From the human T2T-CHM13v2.0 reference genome, Homo sapiens: 64,000 nucleotides of DNA. Positions 30,023 through 43,015 of this stretch are shown piece by piece; the stretch's first letter is position 1, and every line of letters begins with the position of its first letter. Location of the stretch: assembly GCF_009914755.1 (NCBI RefSeq), contig NC_060933.1; one strand, 5' to 3'. The position numbers and the translations under genes are program-made. The notes beneath the pieces are model-generated. The model made no database searches. It had not been told where the DNA came from and saw only the letters and a list, made by a program, of their open reading frames with translations.

Positions 30023-33000
30023 ACATGTGCTCTGAATCCACTTTTAAAAAAGGCAAAATATCTATAATGAATAAAATCAAATTGGTAGTTACCTTTGAGG
30101 TCTACTAACTGGGAGTGGTACGATAGCATTGTTTCATTATTTAGGTGTTTGGTAATATTTTAATATTGATCCACTTCATATGTTGGTTTCTCATGCATTT
30201 TCATTTTTAAAAACACATCAAGTTGTACTTTTAAGATTAATCAGTTTTATAATGTGAACTTAATAATGAAGAAAAGAAAATAGGGGTATATCTTCATGTG
30301 TTAACATAGAAATATTTCCAAGATACATTAACATTAAAAAGTAAATTTGAAAATGATATCTGTACTATGACCTCATTAATATTAACATCTCATCTAAACA
30401 AAATATAAAATAATACAATATACTTATATGTGTATAATTTATACTATGTGATTAAAAACAAATCAATTTTATTCATAGAGTAATTCTGAACAATATCTGG
30501 GTCAGAGAATTCTCATTTAACCAGTTATTTCTTATATCTAGTTTTCAGGCTGATAAAATTAAATGGAAATATTTTCTCAGTGTCAAATTTACTGCAACAA
30601 AAATAGCCTAGCCTAATAATTTTGTCTCCTCAAATTAAACACAATTACTTTGTGTGATAAAGCATTAATTGTGACACATTATATATGTGTGTGTGTATAC
30701 AGATAAAATTATATTAATATATATACTTTTTTTCCATGGTAAAAACCTTGCTTTTCCCTTTCTTTGACTTGAAAGACCAGGGGAAAGACATGACTACCAA
30801 ATTCTATATCCATGTCTAATCAGTACTAACTTCACAATCAACTCAAGGACCAATGATCAGTCTTTGCTAGAGTTAGAAAGCCTGAGTTTCAGAGAAAGAA
30901 AGAGTGAAAAATTTGTCTTATATCCTTAAATCACCAAGTATTTATTCATCACTAATCATGTGATTAACCCTTTCTTAAGCAGCCTGAAAAGTAATGAAAA
31001 AATATCAGACACAGTCCGTGCTATAAAGGAAATAATAATTCAAGTTGAAAAGAGAATTTTGGTAAAGATCTTTTGTAATTTAAACTATCTACAGTAGGAT
31101 CATTTGTCAAATTGACCGATTAAATTCTAATCCAGAATAGGAAACCAGTGACAAATATACACTTATCACTTAGAATACTTAAGGAATTATCAGACTGATA
31201 AATCTATTGGGATGACCTAAAACAAAAGTGACACAAAATTGATTACATTATACTTTGATAACTCTGAAAGACTTATTGTGAACAATTAAGAGTAATGAAT
31301 GTGACAACTATAATTTTTTCTAAATTTAAAAGTATCTTAAAATTAAAAATGATAATCATTCTACAATGTAAAATAGATCAAAATATCACACTGTATCCCA
31401 CAAATATACACTATTATTATTTTTCATTAAAATTAAATAAAAAATTAATTTACAAAGTCAAATTTCACAAAATTCACAAAAAAGTTCACCTTTGACCTAT
31501 TACAAATTCACAATATATATTTTTGAATTTCCTCAAATCTTTTTTCATAGAAACGGGGTTTTCACTGAGTAGAAAATATAAGTACTGATAAAGAAAATGA
31601 ACATGATAAAAATAAAAATAATAATTTCCATGTGTCGAAAGTATATGTCACTTGACCAAGTTTAGATAGATGAATAGAGTAAAAGTCTGAATGTAGTTTT
31701 ATCTACAGCTAAATTTATACAATTTCTTTCACCCCAGGATTCCTTTTATTCAGTTCTATAAAAGTATACAAAATTGTTTCTACATTTAATATTAAGTGAT
31801 AGAAAAATATTATGATTGTGTCACTCAATGTCTCATGTGATTGACAATATTCAACATTTTACAACAGATGAAAATATATTTGTACTTTCGAATGAGCACT
31901 TTTCTATCAGATTAGGGTTATACTTTTTCTTACATTTCTCTTTTGGTCTACCCTCTCTGAACATATACAGCCACATTTAAATCTTGTAATAGAACATATT
32001 AATATTAACATCATCCTATTTTCTTTTCCCTCTTTTGTGCTTATGTCACTTTATTTGAAGTTGCCTGAAATTCTTCTTCAGAAAATTTGAGTTAAGGCTA
32101 GATTAAAATTAGATGTGACAAGCATTGAATAACTTCTATTTGTAAATATAGATGAAGGTTCAACAAATATGAGGCAGATACAAATGAAAAGGTTTATTGA
32201 GTGAGGAAACCTTGCATAGATTAAGTCTGTAGTCTCTAAGGGTTTTTCAACTCCATTACCTTAATTTTTATGAGTCTATGTGAATAGAGATGTATTTTTT
32301 GTTCTCACTAGTAGTGATGAAGGAAAAATAAAATGACTTCATTTATAATCCAAAGAACAATAGAGCTGAGAGGAATCTCCAAATATGAAGTATATTCTTC
32401 TACATCAGGGCAGCCTTTATTTAAAATATTCCAAACAGACAGGCATCAAACTTCCTCTCAAATATCTCCATGGAAAAATGGATCCTGCCATCATTTGCCT
32501 TCAAGTCTTATGTGTTTCCTCAGTGGTTTTCCCACTGAGACACTCTCCATGAAGCTGTCTGATTTCTTCATTCTTGCCAATTTTCTCTCTTAGACTTCTG
32601 TCTAAGCAGACTGTGTTTTCCAAGATGAGTACTGATTCAGCCTGTTACTTCTGCTTTATGCTTCTGAGCACCAAGGGCTATGATTTTATCACATGGTGCA
32701 TTAATGTTCTAAACGCCATTGAGAGGAAAACAAGGGCCCAAAGGGTGAAGGCATTAACGAAAACAATGAGCATTTTAGTACGAATCCCAGGGCATTTACA
32801 TCCAGTGTCCCAGAATTGTGTATAACTTTATCAGTTGTAGCAATCATCTCAAGGATTGATTATCTCTTATAAGTTGTAAATATAGGTATCATTTTCGTTC
32901 ATGCAAAATTCTTTAGAAAGCAAAATATGGAAATGTTTTCTACTAATTTAAATGGTAAAAGAAGAAGAAGGCGAAAGACTGGAATCATTGCCATGCTCAG

Positions 33001-33404
33001 CCCTAAAACAGAAGATCCTCTGTTTGGGCAACAGTGCTGTGGATATAGCCAAGAGACTGTTTTGGCACAAAAAAGAATATATCAGCATTACCAGTGCCAG
33101 TTACATTCCATTGCCTTCAGTTTCCTGGCTGAATATATCTGTGTGTTTGGGGGAGGGGAAAGGCAAGAGGGAGGCAGGATCTGGCAGCCATTTCTCTTCA
33201 TCTCTACAATGTCCTTTTTAGCATCTAAATAAGAATATGTTCATATTTCATCATCATTTTGCAGCTCTAACTAATGGGAATGTCAGCATTGCAATAGTTA
33301 CCACAATATTGCTGAACACAGCTATTACTCTGGTGATCTAAAATCAAGGAAAGATAACATTTGATATAATGAAACTTTGATCACTCTGATGTTTAATTCA
33401 TACC

Positions 33405-33957
33405 TGAACTTCTATCTATTACTGTGTAATAAACAACCCCCAAACATTGTGCTTATAACAATAATCATTACCTCATTTGATTCTATGAGTTGACTCAGCT
33501 CAACTGGGCAGTTCCTACTTGGGGATCTGTCATGCAGTTGAAGGTAGATGTCAACTGGTGCTGCAGTCATTTTAAGGATTGACTTGGTTGAAAGTCCAAC
33601 ATATCTCCTTTACATGAATGACTCCAGCCAGTTGATGCCTGCTGTTGGCTAGGACTTCATCTGAGGCTGACTATTGGAACACTGATATGCCATCTTTCCA
33701 TGTGACCAGAGCCACTTCTAGCATGGCTGTTGTGGTCTGACAGGTAGTATCCTAGGCATGAGCATTCCAAGACAGAGCGAACTGCCAGTCTCTGAAGTCT
33801 CGAACTTGAGAACAAGAACAGCATCTTTTCTGCTGATCTTGATTGTTTAGAGCAGTCACAGAGACTTCCCAGATTCAAGACAAGGTAGAGGGGCACAGAC
33901 CATTCCTCTCAATGGGCAGATTATCAAGGAATCTCTGGCCATCTTTAATATGCTACA
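33405..33957 (-). mobile_element. MLT1-family LTR
   Basis: 'gtgtaataaacaacccccaaac...tcagctcaactgggcagttc...ggccatctttaat'. Confidence 0.7.
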
Positions 33958-36469
33958 TATTAAATATTACCACATCTGAAGAATAACATTTGAATTAAAT
34001 GGACAAAATGGTTTGTGCATATCATTGAGATATTAAATAAAAACTCCATGTTTAACAATTTGCAAAGTGGTAATCAACTAAACACAGTATATTTATATCT
34101 TGCTAGTAGGGAAAGAACATTTACAAAATTAGTATAATTTAATTTGTACTCCACCATTTTGACTCCTGGAGCTAATTTTCAGAGGGCTGACATACTTTCA
34201 CATAAGACATTCTCTTATTGTCCCAGAATGAGCAAAAACATTATGAGTATGTGTAGAGGAGGTGAGGATCCATCTAAGATATGAGAGTATATGTTCTCTG
34301 AATACCGTTCTATTTTTATGACACTGAGGGCAGAAGTAAATAGATGTTTCAGATTAACCTTGATTTATAATAGGGTCATAAGGTCTGCCATGACAGAGTC
34401 CAAGCAGTTTATAAATTGAATTTTTTGTATTAAGATTGCCCCATAACTCTCCACTCATAAAATGACCCAAACCACACAGAATCCCACTCTCCAATATGTC
34501 TCCTATGAACTCAGGTGACTTCTAGTCTTTTTCTTAGTCTCTTGAATTCTAAATAAAATTTTCTTGACACATCCCCTAATTTCAATGGGCTAGAGAGGTC
34601 AAAACACCACTTAACGTCAGCTCAAACTTTCAGACGAACATTCTCATGGTCAATTATGCTATAAACATTGTTTCTACTTCCACCCTATTTTCACATAGGT
34701 GCCACCATATGATCAAAGTAGCTCAAATTGTCTCTATTACGAGAACAAGGAAAAACATATTGTATATATCCGATATGGTCAGGAATATTAAAATATGCTG
34801 AGATTCAACATACATGAAATATCAATATATTAGAGCATTTGAGCAAAGTCAAGGAATATCCACAAACCAGAATGATGGACAGAGAGGTACAAAGCCCTTT
34901 TTGTGCTATTTAGTTATGGGTACACACTTTGGAGGATGAGTGTAGGATGACATACCCTGAATTTTCCATAAACCTCACTGTTTGCAGGAAACAACATTGG
35001 CCATCTTTGTCTTAGTTTTGAAAACACTTAAAAGTACAGGTTGATCACATGGACTTTTTTTTTTTTTACAAATTTAAATATATTAAAGTCTTTTGAAAGC
35101 TAGGCTTATAATTCTTGAAATGTGAACAATAGCAAAAGACCAAAAAGCAGGCCTACAAAATATCCAAAACAAATAACAATAACAGAATCATTAAAAAAGC
35201 AATAGAAATAACAAACCTAATTTAAGCACAGTGGCATATAAGTATATCTAAACTTGATAAGTATTTTAAAGTATCTAACCAGATTATTGGAAACCTAACC
35301 AATCTTTTGGAGGGTGAAGATCAAAGAAAATTGTCATCTCAAGTCTTCTATTTCTTTTATTGTCATATCAATTTAATATTGCTTTTGGGATGAACTATTG
35401 CTATATTCTGCCTTATTTTTTTCTTTCCAACAAGATAATACTGTCTATCTGCCTAGTAATGACAAATTGATTTCATTTCATGTGACAACTCTAATCAATT
35501 GATAGTTACTGCCCAGGGCATTGTTTGTGTGAACAGTTTTGAGGCTATGTCTGGAATTAACAGGACATAAAGTTCTTTGTAACTGCCAAGGGCATGGTTC
35601 AGGAAGTAAAGTCACCACTCAAATGAAAGGTATTGGTCACCACTGCATTGCCTGCTAAGAACCATGGACAGGGATGTCTTTCCAGAGTTTTAAAAGCAGT
35701 CACTACTGTACTCCTATCTCCCATAAAAGAAAGCATTCAACAAATGAACAAATAAAAAAATGGATAAAATATACTGGATTTTGGTTTTCATAAAATAGGT
35801 ATGTAATGGACGTATACTAGTATGCATACAGATAGATAAGGAAAGAATTTTAGTAGGCTACATCAACAAACGTGTCTTTCATAAACATCAGTGAACATTA
35901 AGAATGTCGTAAAAAGATGAACAAAATAGATACTCTGGCTTGATTGTTAAATTTTCCATCTCTTTATTGAAACAACTATTTGGATAAGTATGAAATTATC
36001 TTAATTGGACCTCTTCTCCTTAGGAAACCATGGGGTTAGAATTTCCTGAATGAGATTCTGAAATATAAAATGACATGGGACAAAATTGTCCATTTCTGAG
36101 CGCATTTCTATCCCCGGAACCCAAATCCTCACTCTCTACTAGGCTGAGACTCAAGGGCATGAAACTGTTATATACAATTTCCCTTCCTGTTCATACCCAT
36201 AAATATTTCTCCATAAATATTTTATTTGGAGGTCATCACCTGATATTACTATATAATTATAAATCCTACATTTAAGAATAATTATATTTGGAACTTTTTG
36301 GTAATCTTCTCAGAAATTATACAAAATACATTAAAGTATACAAAACTGTATCAATACAAGGTATTTTTGAAATAAATAGATGAATGTTTAGAGTATTCTA
36401 CACCTACATCAAGCAGCATGTTGTTTTTAACAAGGATAATAATATTATAAATAATAATAAATTTTTAAC

Positions 36470-37260
36470 TCAGTAGTATAGCATAGTAGTTAAAAATAGA
36501 CAAGTTACATATACTTGGGTTTCTGTGCTGGCTTCATCTCTTTCTGTGTGATTTTGGGTAGGTAATTTAAATTTTCTATGCCTAGCAGGGTTCTCCAGAG
36601 AAACAGAACCCACAGAGTCAATAGAAAAAAATATGTATATATATAAAAACCATATAAAATATGTGTGTATATATGTAATATTTATTATATATAAATGTAT
36701 ATAATATCTAAATAATATATGTATATATTTTAATATATTATATATATACAGAAAGAGAGAATGAGAGAGAGAATTATTATTATAAAGTATTGGCTCACTG
36801 CAAGCTAGAGACCTAGAAAGACCAGTAGTGTAATTCAAATGCCTAAGGGCAACAGAGCCAATCTTGTAGATTACAGTCTGGTCTGAAGGCTTGAGAATGA
36901 GTAGCACTAAGAGCAAGGGGAGATCAATGTGCCAGCTTAAGCCTTCAGGCAGAGACACAATAAACCCATATGCTTCTGTTTTGCCTTTATGTTCTATTCA
37001 GACCTTCAACAGATTGAATGCTACCCATCCACGTTGAAGGGCGTAGGTGGAAGGAAATTAGTTTTACTCAATTCACCAATTCAAATGCTAGATTCTTCCA
37101 GAAAAACCTTCACAGATATGCTCAGAAATAATGTTTAACCAGATATCTGGGAATCCCATGGCCCAGTCAAATTGACTCATAAAATAACCATCAAACCTAC
37201 TTTTCCTTATCTGTAAATAGATGTAAAAGTTGTAACTACATTAAGAGAAAATATTATAAC
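36470..37260 (+). mobile_element. MIR split by an MLT2 LTR
   Basis: MIR 5' part 'cagtagtatagcatagtagttaa...' (36470-36580) and continuation 'tttccttatctgtaaata' (~37200). Confidence 0.6.
36580..37195 (-). mobile_element. MLT2C/D-like (ERVL) LTR with an internal TA-rich tract
   Basis: 'agggttctccagagaaacagaacc' ... 'ggcccagtcaaattgactcataaaataaccatca'. Confidence 0.85.
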
Positions 37261-37355
37261 TGGTATTTGTTTTGTTTTACTTTAATTATGTACATTAAAT
37301 AAGACAAGTTATTACAGCATTTCATTGTTACTGCTCCAAGTATGAGAACAAAAGG

Positions 37356-37675
<320 letters not shown>

Positions 37676-38544
37676 CAAAAAATGGTTTTCTTGAGATAAA
37701 TTAGCTTCAAATAAATAGAAAAATTGTATAATTTCCACCCCTGAATCCCTCCACAGTGCATTTGGAGGTCCAAGGGATATCCTCACAAGGACAAGATATT
37801 TCTCCCTGATGCCTTTCTCCTTGGAAATAGGAAAATTCAGTTTCTAGCCCTGAGGTGACATACTCTCAACGCTTAGAAATGCATTTTTGTCCATATCTTA
37901 CTAGACCCATTTGACGTTCTTATCCACCTTCATTTTTGGAAAGTCTTGAAGCCTTCCCTTGTTTTCTTTCTTTCATTATCTGTAACAATTCCTTCTTAAT
38001 ATCTCACCTGATATCTTAAATGCGTGTCTTCACCAAAATTCCAGTGTGGTCTGTCTTTACCTGTACACTCTATAGAGCTCCACACATGTGAACCTAGTCA
38101 ACTACCCACATCTCATTGTATCTCTATGGAACCTCAAAGTCTTTTTAATTGACTGTAATTGTACTTTAAATTAAATACACCTCTTATAGTCTCCTTCCTG
38201 TTAAAACCACCAATCATACTGCTGTGCAAATCATACCTGAGGTCCTGAATTTCTCCCTCTTCTCTCCAATTCCCATAATTCTGTTTATCAATTCTGCCCT
38301 AGGCTTTCTATTCCCTTCATTGTTGGCTTTTTCTCAGTTATATTTGACTTTCTAAAGAGACTTCTAACTAACCTAACTTTTAGTTTCATTCTTTTGAAGT
38401 CTGTTTGTGGCAAATTTGTCAAAGCGATCTCTCTAAAAGGTAGGACAATTCACGTCTCTGCTTTCCTGAAAGTCTTCCCAAAACATCCTTAGTTTTCAGG
38501 ATAAAATTTATGCCTTTTAACATGACATCATGAAATATCATGAT

Positions 38545-38714
38545 GGCTTCTAGGGTGGGAAGCAGAATAGTATTTGTTAAAAGGTGAAACACTAGAGTCA
38601 GACTGCTTGAATTTGACGCCTGACCCAAAGGAAAACTCTAAGGATTTGGGATAAAATACTTGATCACTCCATGCTTCAATGTTTTCATTTTTAAAATGGG
38701 AATATTAAATGCAC
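38545..38714 (+). repeat. MIR-derived segment, left arm of a 170-bp inverted duplication
   Basis: Reverse complement of 39465-39634, with ~12 mismatches and no gaps. Confidence 0.93.
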
Positions 38715-39038
38715 AGATATCTTTCATAGTCTGTTTTCTTCTTGCTTCTTGTTGCATTACATGGCTGCACAAGTACCTTTGCATTTATCTCTGAAAAATT
38801 ACTTGCTGCTCCCAGAATAGACTGTCTCCTCCTCATGCCCTTTTACTCGTCCTCTTCTGAATTTTCTCCAATCTTTAAACGGCCTATCAGTTTGCTTACA
38901 AATTTCTAAGACTCTACCTCTCTGTCCTCTTATACCGTGTTTTGCCACTTGCATTATTATCATTATTATTGCCATTCTGCAGTAGTAATAGTACTTTCAG
39001 ATTATAGCACTGTACTAATAATAGCTGTAGTGGTAATC

Positions 39039-39452
39039 TGATATGGTTGGGATCTCTGTCCGCACCAAATTTCATGTTGACTTTTAATCCCCATTGTTGG
39101 AGGAGGGCCTTGGTGGGAAGTGATTGTATCGGGGGCAGTTTCTCACAGTTTAACACCATCCTTCTTAGTGCTGTCATCAGAATAATGAGCTCTTATGAGA
39201 TCTGGTTGTTTAAAAGTGTGTAGCACCTCTCCCCTCTTGCTCTTGCTGCTGCTCCAGCCATGTAAGACTTGCCTCCTTCACCTTCCCCTTCCACCATAAT
39301 TGTAAGTTTCCTGAGGCCTCCCCAGAAGAGAAGCAGTTGCCACCATGCTTCCTTTAGAGCCTGCAGAACCATGAGCCAATTAAACCTCTTTTCTTTATAA
39401 ATTACCCACTCTCAGATATTTCTTTATAGCAGGGCAAGAACTGACTAATACC
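39039..39452 (+). mobile_element. MSTA-like (ERVL-MaLR) solo LTR
   Basis: 'tgatatggtt...ccaattaaacctcttttctttataaattaccca...ctaatac'. 5-bp TSD TAATC/TAATT. Confidence 0.92.
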
Positions 39453-39464
39453 TAATTGCACACC

Positions 39465-39634
39465 GTGCATTTAATATTCCCATTTTAAACATGAAACAAT
39501 TGAAGCATGGAGTGATCAAGTAATTTATCCCAAATCCTTATAGTTTCGCTTTGGGTCAGGAGTCAAACTCAAGCATTCTGACTCTAGTGTTTCACCTTTT
39601 AACAAATACTGTTCTGCTTCCCACCCGAGAAGCC
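39465..39634 (-). repeat. MIR-derived segment, right arm of the inverted duplication
   Basis: MIR-like 'cccattttaaacatgaaacaattgaagcatggagtgatcaagtaatttatcccaa...ctgactctag'. Confidence 0.9.
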
Positions 39635-40360
39635 TAGTTACTGAGTTTAAAGGGTGTATTCACTTGTTTGTCTCCTCTGATAGGATCCAAATTCCTTGAA
39701 GTGAAGGTCACAGTCTTTGTCTTCAAATTTTCAATGCATAGCCTTGATCCCTGCATTCTGACTGGCCAAGAACAGTTGAAATATGATAAAAAGAATTTGC
39801 CAAGTACAGAAAGCCATAGTAAAGTTTGGTACTAGCCTTAGGAAATACTGAAGTTTGAAGCTCCACTGGTACAATCGGTTAGCATTCTGTACTAATACAG
39901 AAATATTAGGGAGTAGGGAAGGAAATAAAGAAGTGTAGTTCAAAATGATGTGAGGAATAAAATCACTCAGCAGTTATGGAGTAAGCACTATATTCATGCA
40001 CTGTGTTGGTCAATCTAAGCAGCACAACGGAATGTAAGCTATCTCATTGGGTTACCTGTTTCACAGAGACTGCTTATCCATTCTGAACATCTGTTTATGT
40101 AGCCTTCATTGCATTGCGTATTTTAGGTAAATATCATATATATAATTTATTTATATATAATTATTTATGTAATTTACTTTTAAAATAAAATTTCATATTT
40201 CATGCATATGTCATTAAGCTCTCAAACTTTTGGTGAACTGAGTGTGATTATTATTATTTACAATTGCAGAAACTAGAGAAACTGTGACTTGTCCGAGTTT
40301 GCATTTTTGCTACACCAGAACTTACACGAATGTGTAATAAAGAGGAGAGAAAAAGAGGAA

Positions 40361-40383
40361 GGAGAGAGAGAGAGAGAGAGAGA
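40361..40383. repeat. (GA)n microsatellite
   Basis: Visible GA run. Confidence 0.85.
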
Positions 40384-42117
40384 AATATTATTATTACATG
40401 TGTCTTTATGTATGCATTTGTGTGTTTGCATGTATGCATCAGGTCCCAATAAGTTCTTCCAAGATTGGGGGTCTGGGGGCGGTAGTTGTTGATAGAAGTT
40501 TGGAGAGACAGAAGAGAATGAGGTCAGGGCATTTATTCTCTGCCTCTCTCCCATAAAGTTTGCCTCAGCTTGGCTTTCTCCCTCAACCTCAGTTCAAGGA
40601 TTCTCTCCAGGCTGCTAACTGTATTCCAGTACATCCTCTTCACAGAGCTAGGGATGAAAGGCTTAGGTCACACTGAACATTGGCCAGTTCTGTGGTTTCC
40701 CCATACCCACCTTTTAAAACTAGTATATTTTAAAGTAAAATTTCACATTTTGAGGGTTCTGTTTGTTTACTGTGGGAAGCAGACTGATGAATCGGGAGTG
40801 TGTGTACATATCACAGTGTACTAGCCTTGCAGTCTTCCTACCGTCTAGTTATCTACATTCCATGGCACCACGCTAATGTCTCTATAGCATCATAAACCAT
40901 AATTTTACTACAGTTGCCTGACTACAGTAGAAACCACAAACTAATTAAATGACAAATTATTACAGACTTTCTATGAAAGCTCCATAAGGTAATTTGTAAT
41001 CTTTTTATTGAATAAGCCAACTGCTCATGTGTAAACAGAATCCAGTGCCTCAACATTAAGCAGATTTCTAGAGGAAAATTTCCTATACTATTGCAAGTAT
41101 GTTTCCCATGGCTTTGGAAAGACCACAACTATTAGTCTAATAGGAAGCTAAGAGAGCAACAAGTGTTCCATTTTAAATTCCCAGGTCAGCAGTGATAATA
41201 GCATAGCATTATTTACATCCACATTTCCAATAGATTCTGCTTAGAACTGTCAAGGTCAAAGCTGAGAAAAGCTCTCCTGTCTCACCACTTTGTAATCCTT
41301 ATCCTCACAGGCACAAACATGGAAATTATTTCCTGTTATGGGCCAATAATGTTGCTATGATTATAAAGGTAAAGGAGATTTCTCAAAATAATTGGAAGCG
41401 TGATTCTCCATTATGATTAGTCATTGCATGGACAAGTTGACATGAAAATATAAACTTTAAATTTTTTTGCTTCCCTCACTATTTCTTCTGCTACTATATA
41501 GAGTTTCATGTTGTACATAACAAAAAAGTATATCTCCAAAATGATTAAGCATAACATAGTTGGGAAATATATATATTATATAGTATATTATATTAAAGAT
41601 ATGCTATATTACATTATGTGGATATCTTCAGGTACTGACTGTAAGATGCTGTTCTCTCTAAAACTTTGGATAGGGTGGTTGAGATGGGTGAGAATAGGGA
41701 AATCATCTTGAATTTTGAATAGAGTGGTTGGAATATTGAAAACAGGAAAATCATCTTCAATCTGCTTATAAACCTGTATGATGACAAAGACAATTTCTTC
41801 AGTATGATGATATGTTTTATCAGTTAAACAATCCTATTATGCAAAATTTATAATATGCTATACTATTCAAAGAACTTGATGAGAATATAATTGTTGGCCT
41901 ATAATAATGTAATAAATATATGCATTATTGTAGAATTTTACCGTGTTGCATGTATTAAAGTGATTGCAAATCATCTCTTACATTATTTTTTCTTTTGCCA
42001 AAGCTAGATTTAATGACGTTTCCTTTTTCCAAAACACCTTCATTTATTAGACAACCAAATTCCTTTTGGGAATCTCTTATTTTCCCAGGATAATTTTAGG
42101 TTTTTTTCATCTTTAAA

Positions 42118-42248
42118 CCAATTCATGCCTAGCGTTCCATTATTGGACCGCTGGGCATGTGGGATTTATTTACATCCTGCTGCTCAACGTCATCGCCAAG
42201 GTCTCATTGCAAAAACTCAAACAAATTGCAACTTCAGACATAAATGGG
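42118..42248. mobile_element. MER85, a piggyBac (PGBD3-derived) miniature inverted-repeat transposable element (MITE)
   Basis: TTAA at both ends (42113-42116, 42249-42252), TIR remnants CCAATTCATGCCT / AGACATAAATGGG, internal palindrome GTTCCATTATTGGACC, ~130 bp. Confidence 0.9.
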
Positions 42249-42659
42249 TTAACTTGATTTGCTATAATTTTTTTCCTGCCCACCATTGATATTCTCTTAA
42301 GCATTGCAATTCTATAAGTTAAATTATGCAGATACTCTCATTTGAACTCAAAATAGTGCTCCCCTGTCATATTTTCACCTGAAAAATCTAAGAATATATT
42401 GCATAAAATTCAAATAGCCTTTAATCATAGGTAATAATCTTATCTAAGAATTGAGAAAATTAACAAGAACACAATAAAAACACAGAAGACTTAAAAGTAA
42501 TTTACTAAATTAAAATTTTCCCATTTTCTTAGTAATTTTTTTTCTAAACAACTTAGCTTTTCTCCAGTCTGATGCTTGCATGTATTAAAGTTGTAAAGAG
42601 ACTCTGGTTTATATAAATATTTCTTCCTTCCCCCTAAATATTTCAAGCTCTATACTTTG

Positions 42660-43015
42660 GAAAGTGTATCATAGAATTGCACTTACTTACCATCTCCCCC
42701 TCCATATTCATGAGTAGTTGAGCCCAAGTCACTGGTTTTGAACAAAGAGTTGTAAGTGAAAATGGTGTGTGTTTCTTTTCAGTTCAGTATTTGGTAGCCT
42801 TTGCAAGACACTCCAGAGATTTTTTCATTTGGTACTGTGACTAATGGGACTCAAGCTAGCCTCTGCTTAATCAGCCTTGATCTTTGAACAGTTAGTGAGT
42901 AGATCCTTCTGCTCACTTACAATGGATGTGTAACATAAAGGGAGAAATATGCATCCACAGTTTTAAGTTATTCAAATTTTGTATATTAACAGAATATACT
43001 TATAATCTTAACTGA
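42660..43015 (+). mobile_element. Old MLT1-like LTR fragment
   Basis: 'aatggatgtgtaacataaagggagaaat...gttttaagttattcaaattt'. Confidence 0.45.

Larger units (their letters stand above)
37800..39790 (+). mobile_element. Fragmented L2 hosting MIR copies and an MST LTR
   Basis: Pyrimidine-rich L2-like blocks ('caggataaaatttatgcc', 'cacttgtttgtctcctc...ccttgaag'). Boundaries approximate. Confidence 0.5.
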
